From: an uncultured Nitrososphaerales archaeon | Lineage (GTDB): Archaea; Thermoproteota; Nitrososphaeria; Nitrososphaerales; Nitrososphaeraceae | Length of the DNA stretch: 64,000 nucleotides | Assembly (NCBI GenBank): GCA_963695855.1 | Contig: CAVOHZ010000010.1 | Location: 960,001 to 1,024,000, forward strand | Direction: 5' to 3' | Shown: piece after piece, positions 46,541-57,642 of the stretch | Position numbering within the stretch: the stretch's first letter is position 1 | How the letters are laid out: each line of letters opens with the position of its first letter | The notes under the pieces: model-generated | Told to the model about the DNA's origin: nothing | What the model saw: only the letters and a program-made list of their open reading frames with translations | Databases searched by the model: none | Position numbers and translations under genes: made by a program

Positions 46541-47227
46541 TTACGGCTTTTTATTTAAGACGATAGTTGTGGTAAGCATTGAAGTGTTGGGAATAAGGAC
46601 TGTTTTATTATCATTAGTCATTAATTTTGTTGAAATCAATCCAATATCAAAAATTATACCCGTATTGTTAAATGCAGTAATTTCTTCTCCGATTTTAAAT
46701 GGCCTAATTATTGCTAGATATAATCCTGCAATGATATTTCCTAATATATTCTGGGAAGCGAATCCTACTACTAACGCAGAGATAGTTCCTATCGATGCCG
46801 CAATGATAGGATCGTGACTTAAATATGTAATTATAATTGCGATTATTATTACTGCACCTAAAATTCTCATGAGAATTCTTATGGAATTAGATGCATCCTT
46901 CAAATAATCAATTGTGAGATCACGAAATGCATTACTAACTACCTCTATAACAAAATAACCTATTAACGCTACTTCGAGAGATTGTAATATCGTAAGATAT
47001 TCTTTAGATATTATAGCCGTTAAATAATAATGGATTGTAAGAGATATTGCTGTGAAGATAATTGCCAAAACAATAATTCTTTTTACGAGTTTTAATTTAG
47101 TTTGTCTTATTTTTTGTTGATCATTTTGTGAATCCTCAATGGTATTCTTGTCGAAATGTTCATATTTGTCATCACCGGCATTCATACAAAATAACCTAGA
47201 ACCAAGCGAAATAAGTTTGTTGGTCAT
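46541..47227 (-). CDS. mscS: Small-conductance mechanosensitive channel (MscS)
   Basis: VGFASQNILGNIIAG, RPFKIGE, IPN. Confidence 0.85.
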   Translation of the reverse strand: MTNKLISLGSRLFCMNAGDDKYEHFDKNTIEDSQNDQQKIRQTKLKLVKRIIVLAIIFTAISLTIHYYLTAIISKEYLTILQSLEVALIGYFVIEVVSNAFRDLTIDYLKDASNSIRILMRILGAVIIIAIIITYLSHDPIIAASIGTISALVVGFASQNILGNIIAGLYLAIIRPFKIGEEITAFNNTGIIFDIGLISTKLMTNDNKTVLIPNTSMLTTTIVLNKKP

Positions 47228-48668
47228 AAAAATATTGAGATACAGAAGCTAAAAAAAATTAATCATAAAGATTTGATATTATCTTCTCGTTGGTAGAATA
47301 AACTAAGGAATAGAGAACGGGTAATTTCGTAATTAATAATAGAGTAGGACTTTGAATACATGAAAATCTTTGGTAACAATTCCAATTGTATTCAGGCTAA
47401 ATTCAAAATTAATATATTCCGTATAAGAGGGAGGATCTAACTGAACCGATATATAAGTTCGATTTTATATACATTAACATTTTCTTTAATATAGAGTAAA
47501 TCTATGCTACCTCTGTTTGGAAGCACCTAGTAAGAGAACGAGTATGCAGCAAGAACGCTATATCTTTTATGGCTTAAATTCAACATCCATGAAAATACAT
47601 TGGTCACAGATCATTTTTATGTTCCTGTCAAGCGTATATTCTATTATAATTCATAGTATTAAAAATTGTCTAAAATAGCATATGCTAGTTTTCTATATTT
47701 TACTTATTCTTTGTTTTCTTTTACGTTATTTTTATTTGGGCTTGAAAGTGGCAAAAATCCATTGACTTTCTTTATGAGGTAATTGTACAGTCGCTCAACT
47801 TTGGGATAAATCTATTATCATTTGTATGTTTTTGTGTGAAAAAGGAGGAATCATAACTTTTAGTAATTCCGGAGTTAAAAAAGAATAAAATAAATTATTC
47901 ATTTTCTTCGTTCATGAAATCTGTGCGTTGGTGGGTCTCAATAATGAGTTTATGCTAAATGTACCTTCCTTCAATTAGCTTATCTTTTTTTATAACAGGA
48001 AATATTATCTGCATATTGACTTAAATGGATTAAGGGTAGAATTGCATCTTAATGGTAAAAGTTCTAGTTACGGTTTACAAGCCAAAGTGATCTCTGATAA
48101 CACTGATCAATATAAATCCTATAAATGCAAGTGAAAAGATAGAGATTGTATATGATAATATTTTACTTTTAAAGTTTTTACTAATTTTTGTTGTGAATGA
48201 AAATACGCTCATGTTATCTATATAGGTCTAAAAGTAGTACATACATATGAATTTTTAATATTTAATAATGTTATATAAGAATAGTATATTGTCAGATAAA
48301 AATGTTCTATGAAACTAAGCCCTAATTTTCACTCTACTCTTTGTATAAGATGGGAGTATATGGGAAGAGCCAAGTTCAGCTCATCAACTGTCAGGCGAAT
48401 AGTCATAGTCACATAAATTGACTGTGATGCCATGTACTATTAATGAATATTAAATTTATAATATAACAATTTTAATTTTTATATAAAAATTACGAGAAAT
48501 CATGGATACTATAATGATTAAAACCAAATTATCATTTTTACATGTCTTATTCATCTAATTAGCAGTAATTCCTATGTCTGTTATGTTTTTAAACTAAAGA
48601 AATATAGAAATTTAACATCTTTTACTCATTATTTGTATTTTTGTTCAAAAATTTAAGTGCGACCATTG

Positions 48669-49853
48669 TCAATTCCAATGAACTAGACTTTTTGCTTTTT
48701 CGCGTAACTTCTCATCAAATGTTTTAATATCAATGTCTTTGAAGGGCTTTATTTTTTCAAGTACAGGTGGTTCACCTCCTTCTTCTATTGTGGATTTATT
48801 CCTCAATTCCTCAATTATTTTTTCCTGCAATTTGGGATGACAGATCTTGCTATGATAAATACATCCCAAAGAACCATTGATCATCTCTTTCAAATGAGCG
48901 TCTCCTTTCTCCTCATGAAAATGGGGGTTTCTTGTTTCGACTTGCATAACTTCTATTCCTTTATCCATTGCATCTTGATAATCAGTAGGTAAAATTCCTC
49001 CAAATTCCTCTAATAAATCCACTATTTCATAAGTCTCAACAGAGAACCCCGACGAGAAACTCATCAATTCTGCAAGCTTGAGTGAAATACAATGTTCACC
49101 AGAATTTCCTGTCCTGACAACTTCTGTTTCAAATCCGGTATAATAGGAAATAAGTGAATTTAAAAAATAGTTAGTTATCTCTGACACTCTTCCCCATTTT
49201 GAAAAATAAATTCCGCTTTCAGATATTTTTGGTTTATAAATCCAAGACACTCTTATCATTTTGTATGGTGTATTGGACATAGCTATTCCTGCAGAGAATA
49301 TCTTTACATATTCATTAACAGCTCCTGGAACATAATTATCACCATCAATAAAACCAACATAATCTTTTTCAGCCATTTTTGCAAGTAACATTCCCAATAT
49401 CATGCCTTCTGCCTTTCCATTTCTCACTAAATTATCCTGCCCAAGCAAATCAGTGTAACCTACATCTCTTAATGTCTCCGCAACTCCCTCGTCTCTCTGG
49501 TGAAGAATTAATGCATTCTTATTTGCGAATCTGTTGAATTGTTCGAGAGATTCTTTTTCTAATTTGTATCTGTCTACTGGTTGTCTTGGACTATTAGATA
49601 AAATTATTGTCATACAATCATGAGGAATACCGCTTAAAACTCCTTCTAATAACTTTAATCTCTCATTCCTGATGGGAATAACAATGGCCATTTTACTTTC
49701 AATTTCAGATATTTCTTCATCTCCTATCGCAACAATATGCTCGGAAACTTTTTTTCCTTTCTCCATTCCTGAATCAAGTTCAAAGACTCTCTGAACGCCG
49801 TGCAAACTTATAGAACCAAATCTTTCAGTATAACGTGGTAAATCTAATTTCAT
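48669..49853 (-). CDS. mpgS: Mannosyl-3-phosphoglycerate synthase
   Basis: GVLSGIPH, RNGKAEGM, GFIDGDNY.PGAV.EY, WGRVSE, TRNPHFHE. Confidence 0.92.
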   Translation of the reverse strand: MKLDLPRYTERFGSISLHGVQRVFELDSGMEKGKKVSEHIVAIGDEEISEIESKMAIVIPIRNERLKLLEGVLSGIPHDCMTIILSNSPRQPVDRYKLEKESLEQFNRFANKNALILHQRDEGVAETLRDVGYTDLLGQDNLVRNGKAEGMILGMLLAKMAEKDYVGFIDGDNYVPGAVNEYVKIFSAGIAMSNTPYKMIRVSWIYKPKISESGIYFSKWGRVSEITNYFLNSLISYYTGFETEVVRTGNSGEHCISLKLAELMSFSSGFSVETYEIVDLLEEFGGILPTDYQDAMDKGIEVMQVETRNPHFHEEKGDAHLKEMINGSLGCIYHSKICHPKLQEKIIEELRNKSTIEEGGEPPVLEKIKPFKDIDIKTFDEKLREKAKSLVHWN

Positions 49854-50297
49854 TTTATTCTGACCCCAGCAAAACTTTTATAATTTAAGAAAGAAATAAT
49901 GAATATCATAATATTACTATCAATTAGACAAGTCAGACATTTTAATAGTTTGCTAATTATAAAATTGATTTAATTTGTTTTTGAAAGGCTTTCTATTTTC
50001 TCTGATTTTAATTTTCTTACATTTATAAATCGATTCTTCTTTTTCTAAAATTTTTAACAGTTTAATTAAAGATCTTTCATCAATTAATGATTTTAATACT
50101 CTCTCTACATCCTTATCGTTCAATATATTTTAACAAGAAATATGTTATTTAACGAGTATTCAATCAAATAATAATACTTTTTTCAATACTTTTTTCGATA
50201 TAAAAATTCAAAAAAAAGTTATATGTTTTAATGATTATTAAACATCGTTTAATATGGCTTAAATAATTCTTAATCTTCATAATTACCATTCATTTGA

Positions 50298-51131
50298 TTA
50301 CATTTTTTTGTGAGACTTAGCGAAATTCATTCTTAAACTTCTGGCTATTAAAAAGGGAGTAATTAGAAGCACAGGAATGCTTAATAATATAAATAAAGTT
50401 TGGAAAGGAGCCAATAAAGATACAGATGCAGTACCTGCAGAGAATCCGAATATTGTTGTTATGATACTTCCTGCACATGTAGGACAGCCAATAAAAAGAC
50501 CACAAGTTGCACCTACACTACCTAATAAATGTGATTTTTTTTCTTCTTTTAATTTTCTTAAGGTAAAAATATTCAAGGAGGCATTAAATCCTACTAACAT
50601 GGATACGATTAAAGCTAATAACATATTGATTGGTATCAATAAAATAAAAAAATGTGTTGTTAAATAAATATAGGCCATAGGAACATAACCTATTGTATTA
50701 CAACAGGGAATAATCTTAATATATGGATATTTACTTGCTGTTTCGGGTAGCAATTGAGTGGAATTATAAACAAATATCTGTGAAAGAAAAGCAAAAATTA
50801 AACCATATAGGATTGCAATTAAAATCATTATCAAAATGTATTTCTTATTTTTTTTAAAAGGTAACGAAATATAGGATAATACCAGATCTTTCTTATATTG
50901 ATTATTACTAGTATAAAGTTTCCATAATCCAAAACAAATTCCCAATGATGAAATAAAGGTAATAGTTATTACAGCTACTGATAGATTATATAATGACTCT
51001 GTAAAGATAATAGTATCACTGAAATTTGGATTAGTAAGTTTTGAGAAGAGAAAAAAGGTAATACCAATTGAGATAAGACTGGTAAGAATAACTCTTAAAC
51101 CCTCTATACGAACTAATCTCTGAATTTTCAT
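50298..51131 (-). CDS. Membrane protein with CC and GCPTC motifs
   Basis: Several TM segments; IIPCC, GATCGLFIGCPTCAG. Confidence 0.7.
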   Translation of the reverse strand: MKIQRLVRIEGLRVILTSLISIGITFFLFSKLTNPNFSDTIIFTESLYNLSVAVITITFISSLGICFGLWKLYTSNNQYKKDLVLSYISLPFKKNKKYILIMILIAILYGLIFAFLSQIFVYNSTQLLPETASKYPYIKIIPCCNTIGYVPMAYIYLTTHFFILLIPINMLLALIVSMLVGFNASLNIFTLRKLKEEKKSHLLGSVGATCGLFIGCPTCAGSIITTIFGFSAGTASVSLLAPFQTLFILLSIPVLLITPFLIARSLRMNFAKSHKKM

Positions 51132-51260
51132 TCTTTATATTTAATCATAAGATAAAAAGAAACCGCAATTAAATTTTTTCACATAAATAATTACTACTGT
51201 ATTAATTGAATTAATTAAAATAAGACTTATTTTTTAGTTCATATATATAAAAATTGTAAT

Positions 51261-51688
51261 ATGAATAATTTTCCAACTTTAGATGATGACTTTATTGATG
51301 TAGAGATTACGAATATTGGTTATGCCGATAGTATGGGACTAGAAGGTTTCTTAGTTTTAAATCACTTGAAGGGGACGAATTTCCAATTAATGCTTTTTCT
51401 GGTGAAGTTGCTAAACATATTTTAAGATTTAGACAAGGTGATAAGAATACTATTCCTACCATTTACAACCTAGTGGAGGAAATAGCAGTACTCCAGGATC
51501 TTTTACTAATGGAGATTAGAATTTATTTAAGTGGTTCAGTATTGCGTGCGAATTTGTATTTTCGAGGAAGAAAGGACAATCTTATATTGAGAAATTACCG
51601 TGCATCTGACGCCATTGCATTAGCTTCATATTACGAAGTTCCAATTAAAGTGAGAAAAAACCTTTTCAAAGAAAAAATACAACAATAG
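51261..51688 (+). CDS. Bifunctional nuclease (DUF151) family gene interrupted by a frameshift at ~51360
   Basis: ATG 51261 frame ...EGFLVL; -1 frame continues KSLEGDEFPINAFSGEVA...PTIYNL...RASDAIALA...PIKV. Confidence 0.75.
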
Positions 51689-51815
51689 ACTTACCATCTT
51701 CAATAAAAACAAAAATAAGATTATATTTGCAGAATGATGCGCAAGTAAAAAAATATTTAATATTACATATCTTGCATTATAAAAACAATTAATACTTTTT
51801 TTATTATGTTAAATT

Positions 51816-53051
51816 ATGTTAAATTTTATAGGCGAAATAACTGATCCCATTCATAGATATATCCGATTTACAGAGTTAGAAAGAGAAATTATCGATACGC
51901 CTGTCTTTCAAAGACTGAGAAAAATTAGACAGCTTGCTGGTGCCCATTTGGTTTATCCTAGTGCACAACACACAAGATTCGAACACTCATTGGGAACTAT
52001 GCATTTAGCGGGACTAGCAGGACAAACTCTTTTAGACAAAGGATATATAGAAAAAAAAGATCAACTTGAAGGTCTACGTTTAGCTGCACTTCTTCATGAC
52101 ATTGGTCATGGGCCCTTTTCGCATCTATTTGAAGAAGTTCTAATTGGTAGTGGCATGCCAACTAATAGTCATGAAAATATGGGGAAAAAAATCATAAGAG
52201 AAACAATGATCAAAGATATATTGGAAAAATATGGATATGATTCTGACTGTATATGTAATCTATCTTTTGGAGAATCTCCGATTATGTTTTATAATGAGAT
52301 AATAGCTGGTGGACTTTCTTCTGATATAATGGATTACTTGCCCAGAGACAGCTTTTTTACTGGGGTAGAATACGGTAAAATTGATTATTATAGGCTAATA
52401 AGCTCCTTTGAGGTTTTATCTAATGGTCATCTAGGAATAAATAAATCTGCCATAAATTCCCTCGAATCCATGCTAATTTCTAGATATCAGATGTTTAAGG
52501 CAGTTTATTTTCATAAAACGGTTAGATCTGCAGAAGTCATGTTACTTCATTCACTTTTACTCGCAGACAGACAACTAAATTTCTCTGATTTATCTGTGGA
52601 TGAATATATTGAATACACTGATGATAAAACGATTGATATCATACTCTCTCTAAAAAATAACGATCGTGCTGTAAAATTAGCTAAGGATTATAAAAATAGA
52701 ATATTATTAAAATGTGTTTATGAAAAGTTTCTTCAAAATAAAGATAGATCAAATAATATAAAATTAACAAAAAGTCAAAATGATGTTTTTAACAGAATAA
52801 TAAAATCACTGAAAATTGAAAATGATATCGTCTTTATAGATATCTCCAGGGCCCCATCCATGCCTTTGACTCCGTCAAAAGAAGAACTGAATTCAATAAT
52901 GTTAGTAGATAAAGATTCAGAGTTTGAAACCCGTACATCTGAAATTCCATTAATAGATTCGATAACTGGATTTCTAGATATGATTAGGATATATACCACA
53001 CAGGCTAATAGGGAAAAACTAGAAAAGGCTTTAAAAAATATTGATATATGA
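51816..53051 (+). CDS. HD-domain phosphohydrolase (SAMHD1/dNTPase-like)
   Basis: DPIH, FQRLRKIRQL, HTRFEHSLG, LLHDIGHGPFSH, DY..RD, VYFHKT. Confidence 0.92.
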   Translation: MLNFIGEITDPIHRYIRFTELEREIIDTPVFQRLRKIRQLAGAHLVYPSAQHTRFEHSLGTMHLAGLAGQTLLDKGYIEKKDQLEGLRLAALLHDIGHGPFSHLFEEVLIGSGMPTNSHENMGKKIIRETMIKDILEKYGYDSDCICNLSFGESPIMFYNEIIAGGLSSDIMDYLPRDSFFTGVEYGKIDYYRLISSFEVLSNGHLGINKSAINSLESMLISRYQMFKAVYFHKTVRSAEVMLLHSLLLADRQLNFSDLSVDEYIEYTDDKTIDIILSLKNNDRAVKLAKDYKNRILLKCVYEKFLQNKDRSNNIKLTKSQNDVFNRIIKSLKIENDIVFIDISRAPSMPLTPSKEELNSIMLVDKDSEFETRTSEIPLIDSITGFLDMIRIYTTQANREKLEKALKNIDI

Positions 53052-53054
53052 TAT

Positions 53055-53765
53055 ATGGAAGGAACAATGCATAATTACCAGAGAAACCGTGTTGTGATAA
53101 AATTAAGTGGAAGCGTTTTTCACAATGATAAAAATCAAGACCAAATTGAAGTTCTAAAAAAATATAGTTCCATGCTTATTGATATTAGTAATACTATTCA
53201 ACCAGTAGTAGTTACTGGCGGTGGACAAATTGCAAGGTTTTATATTAATACCGCCAGGAAATTAGGCCTAGATGAATCCAGTCTTGACCTAATGGGTATA
53301 GATGTATCCCGATTGAATGCTAAATTACTGATTTCATCTTTGGGAAGCCATGTTTATCCAAATGTTCCGAAATCATTAGATGAAATAAGCAATTTTATCG
53401 AAAGTAATAAAATAATAGTCTCAGGGGGATTGCATCCTGGTCAAAGTACTAACGCAACATCTGCCCTTATAGCTGAAAAAATAAAAGCAAACCAGTTTAT
53501 TAATGCGACAGATGTTGAAGGAATTTATGATTCTGACCCAAGGAAAAATCAAAATGCGAAACTTTATGAGAAAATTGAATTAGGAAGTTGTGTGAATATG
53601 CTATTAAATAGTAGTTCGATGGCTGGCGAATATGATTTGATGGACATTGTAGCTCTAAAGGTGATTGAAAGATCTAGAATTAGAACTAGAGTGATTCTTT
53701 CCTCACCTGAAAATATCAAAAATACTGTTGAAGGAAAAATCTTGGGAACAGAACTAGTAATATAA
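53055..53765 (+). CDS. pyrH: Uridylate kinase, archaeal type
   Basis: KLSGS, TGGG..AR, PGQST, ATDVEGIYDSDP. Confidence 0.92.
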   Translation: MEGTMHNYQRNRVVIKLSGSVFHNDKNQDQIEVLKKYSSMLIDISNTIQPVVVTGGGQIARFYINTARKLGLDESSLDLMGIDVSRLNAKLLISSLGSHVYPNVPKSLDEISNFIESNKIIVSGGLHPGQSTNATSALIAEKIKANQFINATDVEGIYDSDPRKNQNAKLYEKIELGSCVNMLLNSSSMAGEYDLMDIVALKVIERSRIRTRVILSSPENIKNTVEGKILGTELVI

Positions 53766-53767
53766 TT

Positions 53768-54085
53768 TTAAGATACAGTCTTTATTTCTCCTTTGTATGG
53801 ATGTATGCCGTCATCAATCATTTTCTTTATAATTTTTTTTCCTTCATTGAGACTCATTGGTTTAGACTGTGCTTTTGCGAATCCTTCGCTATCACATATG
53901 AAAATGATAATTTCATTTCCATTATTCAATTCTCCCACTAACATCTCTTCCCCTACTGGCTCAAATGACGATGCTCCAGTCTTTATCGTATATGTAAGCA
54001 TTGAAAAACCAGTATAGTCAAACAATTTCATTTGGGCCTTTCTTGACCTTTCTTGCCCTAGATGAGCTGCTTTATGATATTGCAT
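53768..54085 (-). CDS. Hypothetical protein
   Basis: 105-aa ATG ORF filling the gap between pyrH and tatA. Confidence 0.7.
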   Translation of the reverse strand: MQYHKAAHLGQERSRKAQMKLFDYTGFSMLTYTIKTGASSFEPVGEEMLVGELNNGNEIIIFICDSEGFAKAQSKPMSLNEGKKIIKKMIDDGIHPYKGEIKTVS

Positions 54086-54232
54086 GATATTTATTGTTTA
54101 TTCTGGATTTTATACTTATTTTTTAATTAGATTTTGTTTTTTTATAAAATAATCAAAATAACATTTAAAATAGTTGTTAATTCAAATTTAACACTTAAAT
54201 TATTATTCATATTACACTATAATGGAAAAATT

Positions 54233-54556
54233 ATGGTAATTGCAGATAATTTTTTAATGCAGATTCCCCTTGGTGTTGAATGGATATTTATAATAATAAT
54301 AATAGTCGTGTTGTTCTTTGGAGTTAAAAAAATTCCTGAATTAGCAAAATCTTTTGGGAAAGCCAAAGCTGAATTTGAGAAAGCCAAGTTAGAAGCAAAA
54401 AGAGAGCTTGAAAAGTATAAAAACGAAAATCCGAATGTTGGTAGAGAAAAGCTTGAATCAATAGCAGAAACATTGGGAATTGATTATACCAATAAAAATG
54501 ACGAGGAATTAAAACAAGCGATTGAGAAGGAAATTAATAAGAATAAGACAACCTAA
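54233..54556 (+). CDS. tatA: Twin-arginine translocase TatA/E
   Basis: TM + FFGVKKIPELAKSFGKA..EF; start estimated at ATG 54233. Confidence 0.88.
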   Translation: MVIADNFLMQIPLGVEWIFIIIIIVVLFFGVKKIPELAKSFGKAKAEFEKAKLEAKRELEKYKNENPNVGREKLESIAETLGIDYTNKNDEELKQAIEKEINKNKTT

Positions 54557-54626
54557 TTATTTTAATTAAATTATTATTTTTAAAAAAAACATTTTATTGC
54601 ACTAAAACTAATAATTTTTCATCATA

Positions 54627-55727
54627 ATGATTGATCGAAATAGCATAATGGATATTGTAGGAAATTATGATCACAAAAAGATAAAGATAGGTGTTCTTGG
54701 AAGTCATTCTGCATTAGAAATTATGGATGGTGCAACCGATGAATCAATGAAAACGGTTTGTATATGTCAAAAAGGAAGAGAGACACCCTATTTGAGATTT
54801 AAAAGAATATCCAATGATATTCTGATATTAGATAAATTCGCAGATATACTGGATGAAGAAATTCAGAAAAAATTACGAGATTTGAATGTTATAATGGTAG
54901 CTCATAGAGCATTCTCAGTCTATTTGGGATACGATAACATTGAGGGTAATTTTTTAATTCCTATTTTTGGCAATCGAAACCTTTTGAGGGCCGAAGAGAG
55001 AACATATCCAAAAAACCAATACTATTTACTAAATAAATCTAATATTAAACATCCAAAGATATATCGAGATCCTTCAGAGATCTCAGGTCTATCTATTGTA
55101 AAAGTTCAAGAAGCAAAGAGAAAATTGGAGCGAGCATTTTATTTTGTACACTCTTATGATGATTATAAAGAAAAAACGGAAAACAAGATAAAAAATGGAT
55201 TAATCGATAAATATGATGTTGAATCTGCAATAATTGAAGAATATGTTATAGGAACATATTTCAATTTTAATTTTTTCTATTCTCCTCTGAATAATGATAC
55301 AGAATTTTTGGGAATCGAAAGAAGATTACAAACCAATTTACATGATTTCACTACATCATTAACTGCTAAACAACAATTGGAATTAGACATCGAATTACAA
55401 AATATAGAGATAGGACATACACCAGCGAGCATTCGTGAGTCTATGCTAGAAAAAGTATTTGATTTAGGAGATAAATTTTCACGAACATTGAAAGAAGAAT
55501 ATGCTCCAGGTTTAATTGGACCTTTCTCCCTACAAAGTGTTGTTACCAGAGATCTGGATATATATGTTTATGATGTTTCATTTCGAGTTCCAGGAAATCC
55601 GATATTAGCAACCACAAGTCCATACACTAAATATTATTACGGTTTTTCGATGGGCGTAGGACGGAGGGTTGCAATGGAGATAAAACATGCTATTCTAGAA
55701 AATAGAATCTCTGAAATAGTTACATAA
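54627..55727 (+). CDS. purP: PurP-family FAICAR synthetase (ATP-grasp)
   Basis: GSHSAL, FGNR.LL..E, GH.P...RES, IGPF.LQ, GRR.AMEIK. Confidence 0.88.
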   Translation: MIDRNSIMDIVGNYDHKKIKIGVLGSHSALEIMDGATDESMKTVCICQKGRETPYLRFKRISNDILILDKFADILDEEIQKKLRDLNVIMVAHRAFSVYLGYDNIEGNFLIPIFGNRNLLRAEERTYPKNQYYLLNKSNIKHPKIYRDPSEISGLSIVKVQEAKRKLERAFYFVHSYDDYKEKTENKIKNGLIDKYDVESAIIEEYVIGTYFNFNFFYSPLNNDTEFLGIERRLQTNLHDFTTSLTAKQQLELDIELQNIEIGHTPASIRESMLEKVFDLGDKFSRTLKEEYAPGLIGPFSLQSVVTRDLDIYVYDVSFRVPGNPILATTSPYTKYYYGFSMGVGRRVAMEIKHAILENRISEIVT

Positions 55728-55754
55728 TTTTTTTGTAGTATCTCAATTGTTAGG

Positions 55755-56456
55755 CTACAGCTTTCTATATATACCTTCAATTATTTCTATTGTATCTTTC
55801 AGTTTTGTAACCGAATAGGTGGGTATTTCACAAGCGCGCTGCGGCGATTGCAAATTAAAAATAGAATCAGTTATACGGATTGTTGTAATTCCCACTTTAT
55901 TGGCAGGATAAATGTCTGTATCTAACCTATCTCCTATTACAACACATTCAGCAGCAGTAACATTAGCTTTTTTCATCAAATATAAAAACACCGTTTCATC
56001 CGGTTTGGTAGTATTTAATTCAGACGCGATAACAATAAATTTAAACAGATTATACAGATGATCTTTTTTTAGTAATTCAAGAGAAACGTTTGAATAATTA
56101 TTAGATATCATTGCTAAAGTATGATTTTTTGATAGGGTTTCTACAACTTTTTTTACCTCTTCAGATATCTGATAATATCTTTTTTCTCCTTCAGTTATTT
56201 CTAATTCTATTCTGTTTAAAATAATTTTTTCGTATCCTTGTGGTAGAATAAGTTTGCAGATTTCTATAATAACTTGCCTCAATTCTCCATTCAAAATTCT
56301 CCTAGTTTTTATAACATTGTTTTTTAATGTGAGATAATTCCTAAAATCAATCCTAGCTCCAAAACCATTGATCTGTTCCATGACCTTTTTATCGATATAA
56401 TGAATAAATTGCCATTCGTCAATTAATGTTTGACCTAGACAGAATATAAGAAACAA
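55755..56456 (-). CDS. HAD-superfamily hydrolase-like protein (motif I degenerate)
   Basis: ISN, KPD, IGDRLDTDI; motif I reads IFCLGQTL. Confidence 0.75.
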   Translation of the reverse strand: MFLIFCLGQTLIDEWQFIHYIDKKVMEQINGFGARIDFRNYLTLKNNVIKTRRILNGELRQVIIEICKLILPQGYEKIILNRIELEITEGEKRYYQISEEVKKVVETLSKNHTLAMISNNYSNVSLELLKKDHLYNLFKFIVIASELNTTKPDETVFLYLMKKANVTAAECVVIGDRLDTDIYPANKVGITTIRITDSIFNLQSPQRACEIPTYSVTKLKDTIEIIEGIYRKL

Positions 56457-56577
56457 TCTTCCTATTTGAAACTTTGATCATTATTATATTTAATTTTTTT
56501 ATTGAATATTTTTGCTATCTATATTAAAAGATATTTATAAAAAAACAAATAAAACATGATAAAACACACTAATAATT

Positions 56578-57096
56578 ATGAATATAGGGGTAATATCTGA
56601 TACTCATGACGATATTAATAATGTCAAAAAGGCAATAAAAATTTTCAACGATCATAATGTAGACTATGTAATCCATGCTGGTGATTATGTATTTCCTGGC
56701 ATTGTGCTTGAGTTTGGTAACTTAAATAAAAATATAAAGTTTCTAGGAGTGTTAGGAAATAATGATGGAGAAAAGATTGGACTTGCCAATAACTTTCAAC
56801 GAATCGGAGGTAATATAAAATGGGATTTTGGGGAAATTATTTTAGATAGTCTTTCAATAGGGATTTACCATGGTACAAATACTGAGTTAACTAATTCTCT
56901 AATTTTAGGTAATAGATTCGATGTTTTTATTTATGGTCATACGCATAAAAAAGACAACAGGGTAATAGGAAAGACTCAATTGCTAAATCCAGGTAGTGCC
57001 CATCAGGATCTTCAAAAGGATGAACCAAATAAAGGACCTTCTGTTTTAATTTATAATACAATTTATAAGAGATGTGAATTTATTCTTTTGAATTAA
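56578..57096 (+). CDS. YfcE/MJ0936-type metallophosphoesterase
   Basis: SDTHD, HAGD, GNND, HG, GHTH, NPGS. Confidence 0.92.
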   Translation: MNIGVISDTHDDINNVKKAIKIFNDHNVDYVIHAGDYVFPGIVLEFGNLNKNIKFLGVLGNNDGEKIGLANNFQRIGGNIKWDFGEIILDSLSIGIYHGTNTELTNSLILGNRFDVFIYGHTHKKDNRVIGKTQLLNPGSAHQDLQKDEPNKGPSVLIYNTIYKRCEFILLN

Positions 57097-57156
57097 TTAT
57101 GTTATTCATTAAAAATTTATAACCCTCACTATATTCTGTTTTTTCAAAAGTAAAAA

Positions 57157-57546
57157 TCATAATCCTGCATGTGTATACCTATGAATAAATAGATCTTCTT
57201 CATAAAGAGTCTTATAACCGCATATCTCACACGATAAAAAATCAGTCAATTTTTCTAGATTTATAGGTTTTCCTACAATAATTGTATTCTCAAATTCAGT
57301 TATTTTATATTCTAATAGGTTTGGATCTTTTTTAAACCATTCATTTATTTTATTTTTAATGATAGTCTTAATCAAGAACAAGTTTGATGGTTCTGTACTG
57401 ATTATAATACTAGTTTCATCTTCACTGATTTCAATATCATTACTTTTAAGAGAACTTATCTTGATGACCTCCAGAATTAACATTTTATATATTCGTCTTG
57501 CTAAATCTAAATTTCCTGCAAAATTAACCACAATTGAGCTTTTCAT
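57157..57546 (-). CDS. Hypothetical protein with C-terminal C2H2 zinc finger
   Basis: CEICGYKTLYEEDLFIHRYTH. Confidence 0.7.
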   Translation of the reverse strand: MKSSIVVNFAGNLDLARRIYKMLILEVIKISSLKSNDIEISEDETSIIISTEPSNLFLIKTIIKNKINEWFKKDPNLLEYKITEFENTIIVGKPINLEKLTDFLSCEICGYKTLYEEDLFIHRYTHAGL

Positions 57547-57642
57547 TTAGTTATCTTTGCTATAAAAAATATTTATTATCTTTATCAATGTCACGAAATT
57601 CTTATTTTAGAAATAATAGCCTTTGATTGATAACTTTTATCC

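Noticed and set aside
49953-50123. 56-codon TTG ORF (-) upstream of mpgS
   Set aside because: Lys-rich with no motif; expected by chance in AT-rich DNA.
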